This document shows positions 41,152-52,631 of a stretch of DNA of 64,000 nt, in pieces; the stretch's first letter is position 1; the number at the start of each line of letters is the position of its first letter. Made by a program: the position numbers and the translations under genes. The stretch lies in assembly GCA_947624595.1 (NCBI GenBank), contig CANQLC010000015.1, positions 4,005-68,004 on the forward strand. The letters are read 5' to 3'. Below the pieces are notes generated by a model that did not search any database, was not told the DNA's origin, and was given only the letters and a program-made list of their open reading frames with translations. Source of the DNA: an uncultured Giesbergeria sp. (lineage in GTDB: Bacteria; Pseudomonadota; Gammaproteobacteria; Burkholderiales; Burkholderiaceae_C).

Positions 41152-43545
41152 ATGACCGACGACCTTTTGACTTCTTTGGCCGACGCGCCTGCGCCCGATG
41201 AGGGCACCCACAACGCTGCCGACGCTGCCGCCGCCCCCGACAACGACTGCCTTGGCGGTTACGCCCAGCGCGCTTACCTTGAATACGCGCTGAGCGTCGT
41301 CAAAGGCCGCGCGTTGCCCGATGTCTGCGACGGCATGAAGCCGGTGCAGCGGCGCATTTTGTACGCGATGGAGCGCATGGGCTTGGGCTACTCCGGCCCG
41401 AACGGCAACACCGCGCCGCGTCCGGTCAAAAGCGCCCGCGTGGTCGGCGATGTGCTGGGACGCTTTCACCCGCACGGCGACCAGTCGGCCTACGACGCGC
41501 TGGTGAGGATGGCGCAGGACTTTTCGCAGCGCTACCCGTTGATCGACGGCCAAGGCAATTTTGGTTCGCGCGATGGCGACGGCGCGGCGGCGATGCGCTA
41601 CACCGAGGCGCGTTTGGCCAAAATCACCCGGCTGCTGGTGGAGGAAATTGACGAGGGCACGGTCGATTTCATCCCCAACTACGACGGCTCGACTGTGGAG
41701 CCGCGCCAGTTGCCGGCGCGCTTGCCGTTTGCGCTGCTCAACGGTGCCAGCGGCATTGCCGTCGGCTTGGCGACCGAAATCCCCAGCCACAACCTGCGCG
41801 AAGTGGCCGACGCTTGCGTCGCGCTCATCAAAAACCCGCAACTGCCCGAGGCCGATTTGCTGGCGCTGCTGCCCGGCCCGGACTACCCCGGCGGCGGCCA
41901 AATCATCAGCGCCGCCAGCGACATTGCCGATGCCTACCGCAGCGGGCGCGGCAGCCTGAAGGTGCGCGCGCGCTGGAAAATTGAAGAGCTGGCGCGCGGC
42001 CAGTGGCAGTTGGTCGTCACCGAGTTGCCGCCCGGCGTCAGCACGCAAAAGGTGCTAGAAGAAATCGAAGAGCTGACCAACCCGAAAATTAAAACTGGCA
42101 AAAAAGCGCTGAGCCAAGACCAAGTGCAGCTCAAAGCCAGCGTGCTGGCGGTGCTGGACGGTGTGCGCGATGAATCCAGCAAAGACGCCGCCGTGCGCTT
42201 GGTGTGCGAACCCAAAACCGGCAAAACGCCCCAGCAAGAGCTGATTACGGCGCTGTTGGCGCACACCAGTTTGGAGACGTCGTCCTCCATCAACCTGACG
42301 ATGATTGGCATTGACGGCAAGCCGGTGCAAAAGTCGCTGCGCCAGATGCTGGTGGAGTGGCTGGCGTTTAGGCACATCACCATCACGCGCCGCTCTGAGC
42401 ACCGCTTGCACAAGGTGAGCGAGCGCATCCACATTTTGGAAGGGCGGCAAATGGTGCTGCTCAACATCGACGAGGTGATTGCCATCATCCGCAATGCCGA
42501 GGAGCCCAAAGCCGATCTGATAGAGCGCTTTGCCCTGAGCGAGCGCCAAGCCGACGATATTTTAGAAATTCGCCTGCGCCAGTTGGCGCGCTTAGAGGCC
42601 ATCAAGATTGAGCAAGAGTTGCAAACGCTGCGCGACAGCCAAGGCAAGCTGCAAGATATTTTGGCCAACCCAGCGGTGCTGCGCCGCTTGATGGTCAAAG
42701 AGATTGAGCAAGACGCCAAGCAGTTTGCCGACGCCCGGCGCACGCTGATTCAGGCCGAGAAAAAAGCCGTGGTCGAGGTCAAAGTGGTCGATGAGCCGGT
42801 GACGGTGGTGGTGTCGGACAAAGGCTGGGTGCGCGCGCGCAGCGGCCACGGGCACGAGGCGGGCAGCTTTGCCTTTAAAGCCGGCGACGCGCTGTACGGC
42901 ACCTTTGAGTGCCGCACGGTCGATACCTTTGTGGTGTTTGGCAGCAATGGCCGGGTGTATTCGGTGCCGGTGGCGCAGTTGCCCAACGCCCGCGGCGACG
43001 GCCAGCCAGTGACGACGCTGATTGAGCTGGAAGCCGGTACGCACATCGCCCACTACTTTGCCGGCCCGGCGGCGGCCATGCTGCTGCTGGCCAGCAGCGG
43101 CGGTTATGGCTTTTTGGCCAGCGTTGAGGGCATGGTCTCGCGCAACAAAAGCGGCAAAGCCTTCATCAGCTTGGCCGAGGGCGAGGCGGTGTGCGTGCCC
43201 TCGCACGCCGCCCACAGCAGTGGCAGTGCGGCGTTGTTGGACGCCACACACGTGGCGTGCGTGTCAGTCGGCGGGCGCATTTTGACGTTTGCCATCAGCG
43301 ATTTGAAGCGCATGGACAAGGGCGGGCGCGGGCTGATGCTGATTGATTTGGAAGACAACGACCAGCTGGCCGGTGCGGCGGCGTACACGCGCAGCATCCG
43401 CATCGACGGTATCGGGCGCGGTGGCAAGGCGCGCCAAGAGACGCTGGATATTCGCTCGCTCAATAACGCCGCCGCACCGCGCGGGCGCAAAGGCAAGGCA
43501 GTGAATGTGACCTTTAAACCAGCGCTGGTGACGCGCGTGGAGTGA
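41152..43545 (+). CDS. parC: DNA topoisomerase IV subunit A
   Basis: [34 protein letters not shown]; beta-pinwheel C-terminus. Confidence 0.96.
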   Translation: MTDDLLTSLADAPAPDEGTHNAADAAAAPDNDCLGGYAQRAYLEYALSVVKGRALPDVCDGMKPVQRRILYAMERMGLGYSGPNGNTAPRPVKSARVVGDVLGRFHPHGDQSAYDALVRMAQDFSQRYPLIDGQGNFGSRDGDGAAAMRYTEARLAKITRLLVEEIDEGTVDFIPNYDGSTVEPRQLPARLPFALLNGASGIAVGLATEIPSHNLREVADACVALIKNPQLPEADLLALLPGPDYPGGGQIISAASDIADAYRSGRGSLKVRARWKIEELARGQWQLVVTELPPGVSTQKVLEEIEELTNPKIKTGKKALSQDQVQLKASVLAVLDGVRDESSKDAAVRLVCEPKTGKTPQQELITALLAHTSLETSSSINLTMIGIDGKPVQKSLRQMLVEWLAFRHITITRRSEHRLHKVSERIHILEGRQMVLLNIDEVIAIIRNAEEPKADLIERFALSERQADDILEIRLRQLARLEAIKIEQELQTLRDSQGKLQDILANPAVLRRLMVKEIEQDAKQFADARRTLIQAEKKAVVEVKVVDEPVTVVVSDKGWVRARSGHGHEAGSFAFKAGDALYGTFECRTVDTFVVFGSNGRVYSVPVAQLPNARGDGQPVTTLIELEAGTHIAHYFAGPAAAMLLLASSGGYGFLASVEGMVSRNKSGKAFISLAEGEAVCVPSHAAHSSGSAALLDATHVACVSVGGRILTFAISDLKRMDKGGRGLMLIDLEDNDQLAGAAAYTRSIRIDGIGRGGKARQETLDIRSLNNAAAPRGRKGKAVNVTFKPALVTRVE

Positions 43546-43673
43546 TGGGCCGATAGCCTGAGCGCAGGCGGTGCGCTCTTGCACATTGGCCTTGCGCATC
43601 TTTGTTCTCTATGGCTTTGGGCAGTACATTGCTGCTTTCCATGCTATTTACCAGAGAAGAAGGAGGGGCTTGT

Positions 43674-45209
43674 ATGCAGCAGCTTCGCATTGCGCACAAA
43701 TTGTGGTTGTCTGTGCTCGCCATCGTGGCGTTGTTGGTGGCGGCGATTGGTTTTGCCGGTTATCGCACTGCCAAGCTCGAGAGCGAGAGCGATGCGGCCA
43801 GTGTTGCCTTGGCCACCCGCGTGGCCTTGGCGCTGCGCTGGACGGGTTTGACCGAGACCAACGCCGCCCGCACCCAAGCCGTCATTGTCAGCAGCGACCC
43901 CGAGGTCGAGCGGGTGTTCAAGGATGCGATGGCCGCCACCACCGCCAGCATTGGCGAGGTGCAAAAGCGCATCGAAGCGATGGATTTGCCCCAGACCGAC
44001 CGGGCGCAAATGGCCCAAATTGCCGAGGCGCGCAAAACAATGGCAGCGGCCCGCGCCAAGGCGCGCCAGCTCAAGGCTGCTGGGCAGTTGGACGAAGCGG
44101 TGGCGTTTATCAACGGCACTTACAACCCGGCCTCGGACGCCTATCTACAAACCCTGCGCGACTTTGTACAAATGCAGCAGCAGGCCGCGAGCCAACAAGA
44201 AACCATCACCGCCAACGCGCGCATGGCGACGGTGCAAATGGTGGCTGCAGCACTGGGTGCAGTGTTGCTGGCGCTGGTGGTCGGCGCTGCGGCCTTGATC
44301 CGCAGCATCCAGCAGCCGCTGGCGCAGGCCAACGCACTGGCGGCGCAGATTGCTTCGGGCGATTTGAGTGCCCACGCGCAAGTCTCGCGCGGCGATGAGT
44401 TTGGCGAGCTGCTGCGCGCGCTCTACGCCATGAGCGCCTCGCTGGGGCGCATGGTGCAGCAGGTGCGCCAAAGCACCGACAGCATTGCCACCGCCAGCAG
44501 CCAAATCGCCAGTGGCAACCACGACCTGTCGGCGCGCACCGAGCAAACCGCCAGCAACCTGCAACAAACTGCGGCGGCGATGGAAGAGTTCAGCAGCACC
44601 ATCAGCCAAAGTGCCCACAGCGCGCAGCAGGCCAGCACGCTGGCCGCCGGTGCTTCAGGCGTGGCGCGGCGCGGCGGCGAGGTGGTCGGTCAAGTGGTCA
44701 GCACGATGGAGGAGATCAACCACAGCAGCCAAAAAATTGCCGACATCATTGGCGTGATCGACTCGATTGCTTTCCAAACCAACATCTTGGCGCTCAACGC
44801 GGCGGTGGAAGCGGCGCGCGCTGGTGAGCAAGGCCGTGGCTTTGCTGTGGTGGCCAGTGAGGTGCGCAGCTTGGCTGGCCGCAGTGCGCAGGCAGCCAAA
44901 GAGATCAAAGATTTGATTACCGCCTCGGTCGAACGGGTAGGCGCTGGCCAGCGGTTGGTGCAAGACGCCGGCACCACCATGCACGACATCGTGCAATCGG
45001 TGCAGCGCGTGACCGACATGATTGGCGAAATCACCTCGGCCTCGACCGAGCAAAGCACGGGAATTGCGCAGGTCGCTCAGGCCGTGGGCAACCTCGACCA
45101 GATGACGCAGCAAAACGCCGCGCTGGTCGAAGAAAGCGCCGCCGCCGCGCAAAGCCTGCACGAGCAAGCTGACCAACTGGCGCAAGTGGTGGCGGCGTTT
45201 AAGGTTTAA
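43674..45209 (+). CDS. Methyl-accepting chemotaxis protein (4HB, HAMP, no pentapeptide)
   Basis: RBS AAGGAGG; RGDEFG HAMP; [18 protein letters not shown]. Confidence 0.95.
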   Translation: MQQLRIAHKLWLSVLAIVALLVAAIGFAGYRTAKLESESDAASVALATRVALALRWTGLTETNAARTQAVIVSSDPEVERVFKDAMAATTASIGEVQKRIEAMDLPQTDRAQMAQIAEARKTMAAARAKARQLKAAGQLDEAVAFINGTYNPASDAYLQTLRDFVQMQQQAASQQETITANARMATVQMVAAALGAVLLALVVGAAALIRSIQQPLAQANALAAQIASGDLSAHAQVSRGDEFGELLRALYAMSASLGRMVQQVRQSTDSIATASSQIASGNHDLSARTEQTASNLQQTAAAMEEFSSTISQSAHSAQQASTLAAGASGVARRGGEVVGQVVSTMEEINHSSQKIADIIGVIDSIAFQTNILALNAAVEAARAGEQGRGFAVVASEVRSLAGRSAQAAKEIKDLITASVERVGAGQRLVQDAGTTMHDIVQSVQRVTDMIGEITSASTEQSTGIAQVAQAVGNLDQMTQQNAALVEESAAAAQSLHEQADQLAQVVAAFKV

Positions 45210-45664
45210 GCCAACTCAGCGACCATCTCAATTTCCACGCAGGCGCCCATCGGAATTTGCGCCACACCAAAGGCGCTGCGGGCGTGGGTGCCGCGCTCGC
45301 CAAAGACCTCGGCCAGCAGCTCGCTGGCGCCGTTGGTGACCAAGTGGTGCTCGGTGAAATCGGCGGTCGAATTGACCAAGCTGACCAGCTTGACGATGCG
45401 CACCACGCGGTTCAAATCGCCACCAGCGGCCGCTTGTAGCGTGCCCATCAGGTCGATAGCAATGGCGCGCGCCGCCAGTTTGCCGCCTTCAGTACCCATC
45501 GTCTTGCCCAATTGACCCACCCACGGCTTGCCGTCTTGGCGGGCGATGTGGCCGCTTAAAAATACCAAATTGCCGGTTTGCACATAGGGCAAGTAGGCGG
45601 CAGCCGGCACCGATACCGGCGGCAAGGTGATGTTCAGGGCGGTGAGTTTGTCGTAAACGCTCAT
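45206..45664 (-). CDS. RidA/YjgF family protein
   Basis: [31 protein letters not shown]. Confidence 0.9.
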   Translation of the reverse strand: MSVYDKLTALNITLPPVSVPAAAYLPYVQTGNLVFLSGHIARQDGKPWVGQLGKTMGTEGGKLAARAIAIDLMGTLQAAAGGDLNRVVRIVKLVSLVNSTADFTEHHLVTNGASELLAEVFGERGTHARSAFGVAQIPMGACVEIEMVAELA

Positions 45665-45727
45665 GGTGTTTCCTTGGATAAAAACGGGTGAAAAAAGCAC
45701 TGAGAGGGTAAGACAGAAAAACACTGT

Positions 45728-48223
45728 TTGGTGTTTATGGCCTTTAGCATCGCGCTTATGTCCGCCGCTGTCTTTGCCGAGCCTGTTCGCTCTTTACCCG
45801 CGCTGGTGCCGCTGTTGCTGGGCGCGCTGCTGGGCTCAGCGCTGCAGGTACGCCAGCCGCAGCTGTGGTCGGTGCTGGTGTATGCGGCGCTGGGTTTAAG
45901 CAGTGCGGCGGCGCTAGGCGCGCTGTGGCGGTGGGGGCGGCAGCGCCGAGGGTTTAGCTTTGCCGTGGTGCTGGCTACTGCCGGCGTGCTGTTTGCCGTC
46001 TGCGGACTGCGCGCCAGCGACTTTGCTGCGCAGGCACTGAATCCGGCGCTGGAGGGGCGCGACATCCGCATCACGGGCGTGATTGCCGCCATGCCGCAGC
46101 CGATTGACGGCGGCGTGCGCTTGCGCTTGGCGGTGGAAGCGGCGCAACTGGACGGCTCAGCCGTGCAACTGCCGGCGCTGATTGACTTGGGCTGGTACGC
46201 CGGCGGCTGGCGCGAGAGCAGCGGCGCTGGCGCGGGTGCCAAACAACCGGGCAGCGTGCCGGCTCTGCGCGCTGGCGAGCGCTGGCAACTCACTGCCCGC
46301 CTGAAGGCGCCGCACGGCGAGCGCAATCCGCACGGTTTTGACTACGAGCTGTGGCTGTGGACGCAAGGCGTGCAAGCTGTGGGCTACGTGCGCGCCGGTG
46401 CCAAAGACCTGCCACCACAGCGCTTGGCCGCTACGTGGCGCTACCCCATAGAGCAAGCGCGCCAATCGGTGCGCGATGCGATTTTTGCCCGCTTGGCCAG
46501 CGACCCGACCGACGCCGCCGCCGTGCGCACCGCCGGTGTCGTGGCAGCGTTGGTGACCGGAGACCAGCGCGCCATTGACCGCGCCGATTGGGAAGTGTTC
46601 CGCGCCACCGGCGTAGCGCATTTGATGAGCATTTCTGGCCTGCACATCACGCTGTTTGCGTGGGTGGCGGCACTGCTGGTGCGCTGGCTGTGGCGGCGTT
46701 CGGCGCGTTTGTGCTTGCGCTGGCCGGCACCGTCGGCGGCGCTGGTGGGCGGGGTGTTGTTGGCGCTGGCGTATGCGCTGTTTAGCGGCTGGGGCGTGCC
46801 GGCGCAGCGCACCATTGCCATGCTCAGCACGGTAGCGCTGCTGCGCCTGAGTGGGCGGCGCTGGCCGTGGCCGCACGCGTGGCTGCTGACCTGCGCGGTG
46901 GTGGTGCTGCCCGACCCGTGGGCGCTGTGGCAGGCCGGCTTTTGGCTGAGTTTTGTTGCCGTCGCCGTGCTTTTTGCTACTGATAAAGGAGCTGCTAGCG
47001 AAGGTAGGACGGGCGTTAGAGGCCAATTTGTCTCACTATTGCGCGAGCAAGGCGTGGTGACGCTGGCGCTGACGCCGCTGACGCTGCTGCTGTTTGGGCA
47101 GGTGTCGCTCGTCGGGCTGGTGGCCAATTTGCTGGCGATTCCGTGGGTGACGCTGGTGGTCACGCCGCTGGCTTTTGCTGGCGTGCTGTGGCCGCCGCTG
47201 TGGCAGTTGGCTGGCTGGGCGGTGTGGGGTTTGAGCGCGCTGCTGCAATGGCTGGCCGCGCTGCCGTTGGCCAGCGTCTGGGTGGCGGTGGCGCCGTTGT
47301 GGGCGGGCGCGGCGGGTGTGGCCGGTGGTGTTTTATTAGCGATGCGTTTTCCGTGGCAAGTGCGTTTGCTGGGTTTGCCGCTGCTGCTGCCGGTGCTGCT
47401 GTGGCAAGCGCCGCGCCCCGCGCCGGGGCAGTTTGAGCTGCTCGCTGCCGACGTCGGCCAAGGCAATGCCGTGCTGGTACGCACCGCTAAGCACACGCTG
47501 CTGTACGACACCGGGCCGCGCTACAGCGCCCACAGCGACGCCGGTGGCCGGGTGCTGGTGCCGCTGCTGCGGGCTTTGGATGAGCATGTTGATGTGCTGC
47601 TGCTGAGCCACCGCGACAGCGACCACACCGGCGGCGCGGCAGCCGTGCTGGCGCAGCAACCGCAGGCGCAACTCATCGGCTCGATTGAAGACGAACACCA
47701 TTTGCAAACCCTGCGCCCGGTGCAGCCGTGCGTCGCCGGCCAGCAGTGGCAGTGGGACGGCGTTGATTTTGCCGTGCTGCACCCGCTGGCCACTGACGTA
47801 GCCAGCGGCCAGCGCTCGCGCAACCCCAATACGCACAGCTGCGTGCTGCGCATCAGCACGCCGCAGGGCGCAGTGGCGCTGCTTGCGGGAGATATTGAAA
47901 AACCCCAAGAGCGCGCGCTGCTTGAGCGCCAAGCGCCCCTCGCCGCTGATGTGCTGCTGGTGCCGCACCACGGCAGCAAAACCTCGTCGAGCGGTGATTT
48001 TTTGGACGCGGTGCAGCCGCGCGTGGCGCTGGTGCAGGCGGCCTACCGCAGCCGCTTTGGCCATCCGGCGGCACCCGTCATGCAGCGTTATCACGAGCGC
48101 GGCATTGCGGTGTGGGAGTCGGCGCATTGCGGCGCGGCGACGTGGCAGTCCACCGATCCAGCGCAGGTGCTGTGCGAACGTGAGCAGCAGCGTCGCTATT
48201 GGCAGCACCAGATTGCGCCGTGA
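45728..48223 (+). CDS. comEC: DNA internalization competence protein ComEC/Rec2
   Basis: NPHGFDYE, HLMSISGLH, DVGQG, SHRDSDHTGG, PHHGSKTSS; start uncertain. Confidence 0.92.
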   Translation: MVFMAFSIALMSAAVFAEPVRSLPALVPLLLGALLGSALQVRQPQLWSVLVYAALGLSSAAALGALWRWGRQRRGFSFAVVLATAGVLFAVCGLRASDFAAQALNPALEGRDIRITGVIAAMPQPIDGGVRLRLAVEAAQLDGSAVQLPALIDLGWYAGGWRESSGAGAGAKQPGSVPALRAGERWQLTARLKAPHGERNPHGFDYELWLWTQGVQAVGYVRAGAKDLPPQRLAATWRYPIEQARQSVRDAIFARLASDPTDAAAVRTAGVVAALVTGDQRAIDRADWEVFRATGVAHLMSISGLHITLFAWVAALLVRWLWRRSARLCLRWPAPSAALVGGVLLALAYALFSGWGVPAQRTIAMLSTVALLRLSGRRWPWPHAWLLTCAVVVLPDPWALWQAGFWLSFVAVAVLFATDKGAASEGRTGVRGQFVSLLREQGVVTLALTPLTLLLFGQVSLVGLVANLLAIPWVTLVVTPLAFAGVLWPPLWQLAGWAVWGLSALLQWLAALPLASVWVAVAPLWAGAAGVAGGVLLAMRFPWQVRLLGLPLLLPVLLWQAPRPAPGQFELLAADVGQGNAVLVRTAKHTLLYDTGPRYSAHSDAGGRVLVPLLRALDEHVDVLLLSHRDSDHTGGAAAVLAQQPQAQLIGSIEDEHHLQTLRPVQPCVAGQQWQWDGVDFAVLHPLATDVASGQRSRNPNTHSCVLRISTPQGAVALLAGDIEKPQERALLERQAPLAADVLLVPHHGSKTSSSGDFLDAVQPRVALVQAAYRSRFGHPAAPVMQRYHERGIAVWESAHCGAATWQSTDPAQVLCEREQQRRYWQHQIAP
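46976..47034 (-). repeat. REP-like copy inside comEC
   Basis: gctac-tgataaa-ggagctgctagcgaaggtaggacgggcgttagaggccaatttg; encodes ATDKGAASEGRTGVRGQF. Confidence 0.75.
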
Positions 48224-48224
48224 T

Positions 48225-48545
48225 TCAGTCTTTGTCTTTGGTATACGCCGGCAAATGCGCCGACGACTGGGTGGCAGAGGCATAGCGGCGCTGCTCGCGC
48301 AGCATGAACAGGTACAGACCCTCGACCTTCTCGCGCGCCCACGGGGTTTTGCGCAAAAATTTCAGGCTCGATGCCACGCTGGGGTCGCTTTGAAAGCAGC
48401 GCACCGGAATGCGTGCGCCCAGTTCTTCCCAGCCAAAGTAATCGGCCAGCGCGGTGACGATGGCTTCGAGCGTCAGGCCGTGCAGTGGGTTGCGCGGCTG
48501 GGCGGGGACTGGCGCGGTGGGGGAGGAATCAACAGATTCGGTCAT
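48225..48545 (-). CDS. VF530/DUF2132 family protein
   Basis: [35 protein letters not shown]. Confidence 0.85.
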   Translation of the reverse strand: MTESVDSSPTAPVPAQPRNPLHGLTLEAIVTALADYFGWEELGARIPVRCFQSDPSVASSLKFLRKTPWAREKVEGLYLFMLREQRRYASATQSSAHLPAYTKDKD

Positions 48546-48557
48546 ATCAAGGTGCTG

Positions 48558-48617
48558 ATAAGTAAAAATGATAGCTGCTAGCGCACGTGTTTATTGGGCT
48601 AGAGGCCATTTTGATGC
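48558..48617 (-). repeat. REP-like copy, intergenic
   Basis: aaatgatagctgctagcgcacgtgtttattgggctagaggcc. Confidence 0.88.
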
Positions 48618-48673
48618 GCAAAAAACGGGCCGAAGCCCGTTGTGCCGAGTGCGCTGTCAGCCCGCTTGAGGGG

Positions 48674-49150
48674 TTAGCCCAGCTCGCCCATTTGCGACTG
48701 CAGGTAGTTTTGCAGGCCGACTTTGTCGATCAGCTCCAGCTGCTGCTCCAAGAAGTCGATGTGTTCCTCGGTATCGTCCAAGATTTTTTGCAGCAAATCG
48801 CGTGAGACATAGTCGCGCACCGCCTCGCAGTGGGCCATGCCGTCTTTGATGGTCGCTTGTGCGCTGGTTTCAGCGCGCAGATCGCAAGCCAGCGCCTCGG
48901 GCACATCCTCGCCAATTTGCAGCTTGCCCAAGTCTTGCAAGTTGGGCAGGCCGTCCAGCATGAAAATGCGGTCCATCAGCAGGTCAGCGTGCTTCATTTC
49001 GCCGATGGATTCTTCGTATTCCTTCTTGGCCAGCTTGTCAAAACCCCAGTGTTTGAACATGCGGTAGTGCAAAAAATACTGGTTGATAGCGGTCAGCTCG
49101 TTCTTGAGCTGCGCTTGCAGATGGCCAATGACTTGTGCGTCGCCCTTCAT
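48674..49150 (-). CDS. bfr: Bacterioferritin
   Basis: NELTAINQYFLH, EMKHAD (haem Met), DTEEH. Confidence 0.96.
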   Translation of the reverse strand: MKGDAQVIGHLQAQLKNELTAINQYFLHYRMFKHWGFDKLAKKEYEESIGEMKHADLLMDRIFMLDGLPNLQDLGKLQIGEDVPEALACDLRAETSAQATIKDGMAHCEAVRDYVSRDLLQKILDDTEEHIDFLEQQLELIDKVGLQNYLQSQMGELG

Positions 49151-49245
49151 GGTGTGGACTCCTTTAGTTGTGTTGCGGTGAAAAGCGCTATTGTGCGTCT
49201 CACCCCGCGCGCGAGCTACCAGCGGGGCTATAAGTCGGCTTGAGC

Positions 49246-49282
49246 ATAGCCAATAGCTATTGATTCAATTTAATCAATTCAT
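49246..49282. promoter_or_regulatory. OxyR-type binding site upstream of ahpC
   Basis: ATAG-N7-CTAT-N7-ATTT-N7-TCAT versus consensus ATAG-N7-CTAT-N7-ATAG-N7-CTAT. Confidence 0.7.
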
Positions 49283-49361
49283 TAGATTAATCACAGGCTT
49301 TGTCCTAAACTGCAGTCTCAGTTCAGCCAGTTATCTGTTTTTTTAACCAAAGGAAAACGCC

Positions 49362-49937
49362 ATGTCCCTGATCAACACGCAAGTTCAGCCCTTCAAAACC
49401 GAAGCCTTCGTTAACCGCAACGGCAAGGGCGAGTTCATCACCGTGACCGAAGAGAGCCTCAAGGGCAAATGGTCGGTGCTGATTTTTATGCCTGCCGCTT
49501 TCACCTTCAACTGCCCGACCGAAGTCGAAGACGCCGCTGACAGCTACGCTGAATTCCAAAAAGCCAACACCGAGGTTTACATCGTCACCACCGACACGCA
49601 TTTCTCGCACAAGGTGTGGCACGAGACGTCCGATGCCGTCGGCAAAGCCAAGTTCCCGCTGGTGGGCGACCCGACACACAAGCTGACGCGCGCTTTTGGC
49701 GTACATATCGAAGAAGAAGGCTTGGCACTGCGCGGCACTTTCGTCATCAACCCTGATGGTGTCATCAAAACCGCCGAAGTGCATTCCAACGAAATCGCCC
49801 GCGACGTGCAAGAGACGCTGCGCAAGCTCAAGGCCGCCCAGTACACCGCCGCTAACCCCGGCCAAGTCTGCCCCGCCAAGTGGAAAGAGGGCGAAAAGAC
49901 CATTGCTCCTTCGCTGGACTTGGTCGGCAAAATCTAA
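49362..49937 (+). CDS. ahpC: Alkyl hydroperoxide reductase C (peroxiredoxin)
   Basis: FTFNCPTE, ALRGTF, VCPAKW. Confidence 0.96.
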   Translation: MSLINTQVQPFKTEAFVNRNGKGEFITVTEESLKGKWSVLIFMPAAFTFNCPTEVEDAADSYAEFQKANTEVYIVTTDTHFSHKVWHETSDAVGKAKFPLVGDPTHKLTRAFGVHIEEEGLALRGTFVINPDGVIKTAEVHSNEIARDVQETLRKLKAAQYTAANPGQVCPAKWKEGEKTIAPSLDLVGKI

Positions 49938-49978
49938 TTTGCCCCTCGTTAGCTGTCAGCTAAGTTGCTGACCAAACG

Positions 49979-50006
49979 CCCGGGTGCCTGGCGCCCGGGT
50001 TTTTTT
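49979..50006 (+). terminator. Hairpin + T-run between ahpC and ahpF
   Basis: CCCGGGTGC-CTG-GCGCCCGGG-TTTTTTT. Confidence 0.7.
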
Positions 50007-50038
50007 ACGCCAAAAATCACCATTTCAGGAGTTTTCCC

Positions 50039-51610
50039 ATGCTCGACGATACCCTCAAGACCCAATTGAAAGCCTATTTGGAGCGCCTGCAGCGCCCGGT
50101 CGAACTGGTGGCCACGCTGGACGACAGCGCTACGTCGAACGAGCTGCGCGAACTCTTGCAAGATATTCGCGCCCAGTCCGACAAAATCACTGTGGTCGAG
50201 AACAACGAACTTGACGTGCGCAAGCCGTCGTTCCTCATCACCAACCCCGGCCAAGATAGCGGCGTGCGCTTTGCCGGCGTGCCGCTCGGTCACGAATTCA
50301 CTTCGCTGGTGCTGGCGCTGCTGCAAGTGGGCGGCCACCCGTCCAAAGAAGCCGCTGACCTGCTGGAGCAAATCAAAGGCTTGGAAGGCAGCTTTCACTT
50401 TGAAACCTACTACTCGCTCAGCTGCCACAACTGCCCCGACGTGGTGCAGGCGCTGAACCTGATGAGCGTGCTCAACCCCGGCATCACCCACACGGCAATT
50501 GACGGCGGCGTGTTCCAAAAAGAAATTGAAGACCGCGACATCATGGGCGTGCCCACGGTGTTTTTGAACGGCGAGCGCTTTGGCCAAGGCCGCATGGAGC
50601 TGGCCGAAGTCGTCGCCAAAATCGATACCAGCAGCAGCGCCCGCGACGCCCAAAAAATGGACGACAAAGCGCCGTTTGAGGTGCTGATCGTCGGCGGTGG
50701 CCCCGCTGGCGCGGCGGCGGCGGTCTATGCCGCGCGCAAAGGCATCCGCACCGGCGTAGCGGCAGAGCGCTTTGGCGGCCAAGTGCTGGACACGGTGGAC
50801 ATTGAGAACTTCATCTCCATCCAAAAAACCGAAGGCCCGCAATTTGCCGCCGCGCTAGAGCGCCATGTGCGCGACTACGAGGTCGACATCATGAATCTGC
50901 AAACCGCCAAAGCGCTGGTGCCCGCCACCACCGAGGGCGGCTTGATTGAAGTGCAGTTTGAAAACGGCGCCACGCTCAAAAGCCGCAGCGTCATCCTCTC
51001 CACCGGCGCACGCTGGCGCAACATGAACGTGCCCGGCGAAAACGAGTACCGCACCAAGGGCGTGACCTACTGCCCGCACTGCGACGGCCCGCTGTTCAAG
51101 GGCAAGCACGTGGCGGTGATTGGCGGCGGCAACTCGGGCGTTGAAGCGGCGATTGACTTGGCCGGCGTGGTCTCGCGCGTCACGGTGCTGGAATTTGCCC
51201 CCGAACTGAAAGCCGACGCCGTGCTGCAGCGCAAACTGCACAGCCTGCCCAACGTCACCGTCATCACCAACGCGCAAACCACCGAAGTGATTGGCGACGG
51301 CAGCAAAGTCACCGGCCTGCACTACACAGACCGCGCCACGGGCGAGGCGCAGCAAGTGGCGCTGGAAGGCATCTTTGTGCAAATTGGCCTGCTGCCCAAC
51401 ACCGATTGGCTCAAGGGCGTAGTCACCCTGACGCGCTTTGGCGAGGTGGAAGTGGACAGCCACGGCCGCACCAACGTGCCCGGCGTGTTTGCCGCCGGCG
51501 ACTGCACCACGGTGCCGTACAAACAAATCGTCATTGCCGCCGGCGACGGCGCCAAAGCCGCGCTGAGCGCCTTTGACCATTTGATCCGCACCAGTGCGCC
51601 AGCGGCGTAA
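50039..51610 (+). CDS. ahpF: Alkyl hydroperoxide reductase F
   Basis: CHNC, GGGPAG, CPHCDG, GGGNSG. Confidence 0.97.
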   Translation: MLDDTLKTQLKAYLERLQRPVELVATLDDSATSNELRELLQDIRAQSDKITVVENNELDVRKPSFLITNPGQDSGVRFAGVPLGHEFTSLVLALLQVGGHPSKEAADLLEQIKGLEGSFHFETYYSLSCHNCPDVVQALNLMSVLNPGITHTAIDGGVFQKEIEDRDIMGVPTVFLNGERFGQGRMELAEVVAKIDTSSSARDAQKMDDKAPFEVLIVGGGPAGAAAAVYAARKGIRTGVAAERFGGQVLDTVDIENFISIQKTEGPQFAAALERHVRDYEVDIMNLQTAKALVPATTEGGLIEVQFENGATLKSRSVILSTGARWRNMNVPGENEYRTKGVTYCPHCDGPLFKGKHVAVIGGGNSGVEAAIDLAGVVSRVTVLEFAPELKADAVLQRKLHSLPNVTVITNAQTTEVIGDGSKVTGLHYTDRATGEAQQVALEGIFVQIGLLPNTDWLKGVVTLTRFGEVEVDSHGRTNVPGVFAAGDCTTVPYKQIVIAAGDGAKAALSAFDHLIRTSAPAA

Positions 51611-51618
51611 ATTTTGGG

Positions 51619-51674
51619 TCAAATAGGCCGCTAGCGCTTATGGGGTAAGCGCTAGCAGCTATTAAATTAATAAC
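51619..51674 (+). repeat. REP-like copy with perfect central palindrome
   Basis: GCTAGCGCTTA-TGGGG-TAAGCGCTAGC (51630-51656), then agctattaaattaat. Confidence 0.88.
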
Positions 51675-52488
51675 TCAGCCGCTCTGGCCGCACTTCCTGC
51701 AGGATGGTGGTGGCGATTTCTTCAATCGATTTGGTGGTCGACGACAGCCAGCGGATATTGGCGCGGCGCATCATGGCTTCGGCTTCGCCCACTTCCATGC
51801 GGCAGTTTTGCAAGCTGGCGTAGCGCGAATCGGGGCGGCGCTCGGTGCGAATTTCAGACAAGCGCTCGGGGCTAATGGTCAGGCCGAAAATCTTTTTCTT
51901 GAACGGCACCAGCGCCGGCGGCAGTTGGCGCCGGTCAAAGTCTTCGGGAATCAACGGGTAGTTGGCAGCTTTGAGACCGTGCTGCATCGCCAAATACAAG
52001 CTGGTTGGCGTTTTGCCGCTGCGGCTGACCCCCACCAAAATCACGTCGGCGGCTTCCAGGTTCTTGTGGCTCTGGCCATCGTCGTGCGCCAAGCTGTAGT
52101 TGATGGCCTCGATGCGGTCTTGGTACTCTTGGTTTTTACTGATGTCCGAGAAGCGCCCCACGCGGTGGTGCGACTTGATGCCCAGCTCGGTCTCCAGCGG
52201 GTGCACGAAGGTGCCAAACATGTCCAGCAGCATGCCTTTGCAGCCTTCGCGGATGACTTTGAGCACTTCCATGTTCACCAAGGTGGTGAAAACCACGCAC
52301 TTGGTGCCCTCCAATTCCGAGGTGTGGTTGATTTGGCGCACCACTTGGTGGGCCTTGTCCACGGTGTCGGTAAACGGCAGGCGCACGCGCCGCGGCGTCA
52401 TGTCAAATTGCGCCAAGATGGCGTTACCAAAGGTTTCGGCAGTGATGCCGGTGCCGTCGGAAACAAAAAATACGGTACGTGTTTGCAT
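51667..52488 (-). CDS. ppsR: PEP synthase regulatory kinase/pyrophosphorylase
   Basis: VSDGTGITAE, DDGQ, GVSRSGKTP, SIEEIA; divergent from ppsA. Confidence 0.93.
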   Translation of the reverse strand: MQTRTVFFVSDGTGITAETFGNAILAQFDMTPRRVRLPFTDTVDKAHQVVRQINHTSELEGTKCVVFTTLVNMEVLKVIREGCKGMLLDMFGTFVHPLETELGIKSHHRVGRFSDISKNQEYQDRIEAINYSLAHDDGQSHKNLEAADVILVGVSRSGKTPTSLYLAMQHGLKAANYPLIPEDFDRRQLPPALVPFKKKIFGLTISPERLSEIRTERRPDSRYASLQNCRMEVGEAEAMMRRANIRWLSSTTKSIEEIATTILQEVRPERLSY

Positions 52489-52631
52489 GGGTGGGAGCCG
52501 ATTGGGGGGAAGCCTACAATGGCGCCGATTATCCGAATTTCAGACCTTGCCGCCGGCCAGCGTAGAAAAACAACAACTCAGCTGTCTCTTGGTTGCAAGG
52601 TCTTGCCGCTTTCAACTTCTGGAGCTTTCCC

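Noticed and set aside
41482-41484. ParC has Gln at the E. coli Ser80-equivalent quinolone position ([10 protein letters not shown])
   Set aside because: To my knowledge this is the usual betaproteobacterial sequence, not an acquired resistance change
43549-43556. sigma28 promoter for the second MCP (GCCGATAG)
   Set aside because: No TAAA/TCAA-like -35 at 15-nt spacing; the GCTGATAC upstream of the first MCP (11315-11322) is similarly weak
49337-49358. fourU-like hairpin over the ahpC SD (GTTTTTTT/AGGAAAAC)
   Set aside because: No prior for thermal control; recorded mainly as evidence that U-runs before SDs are common here
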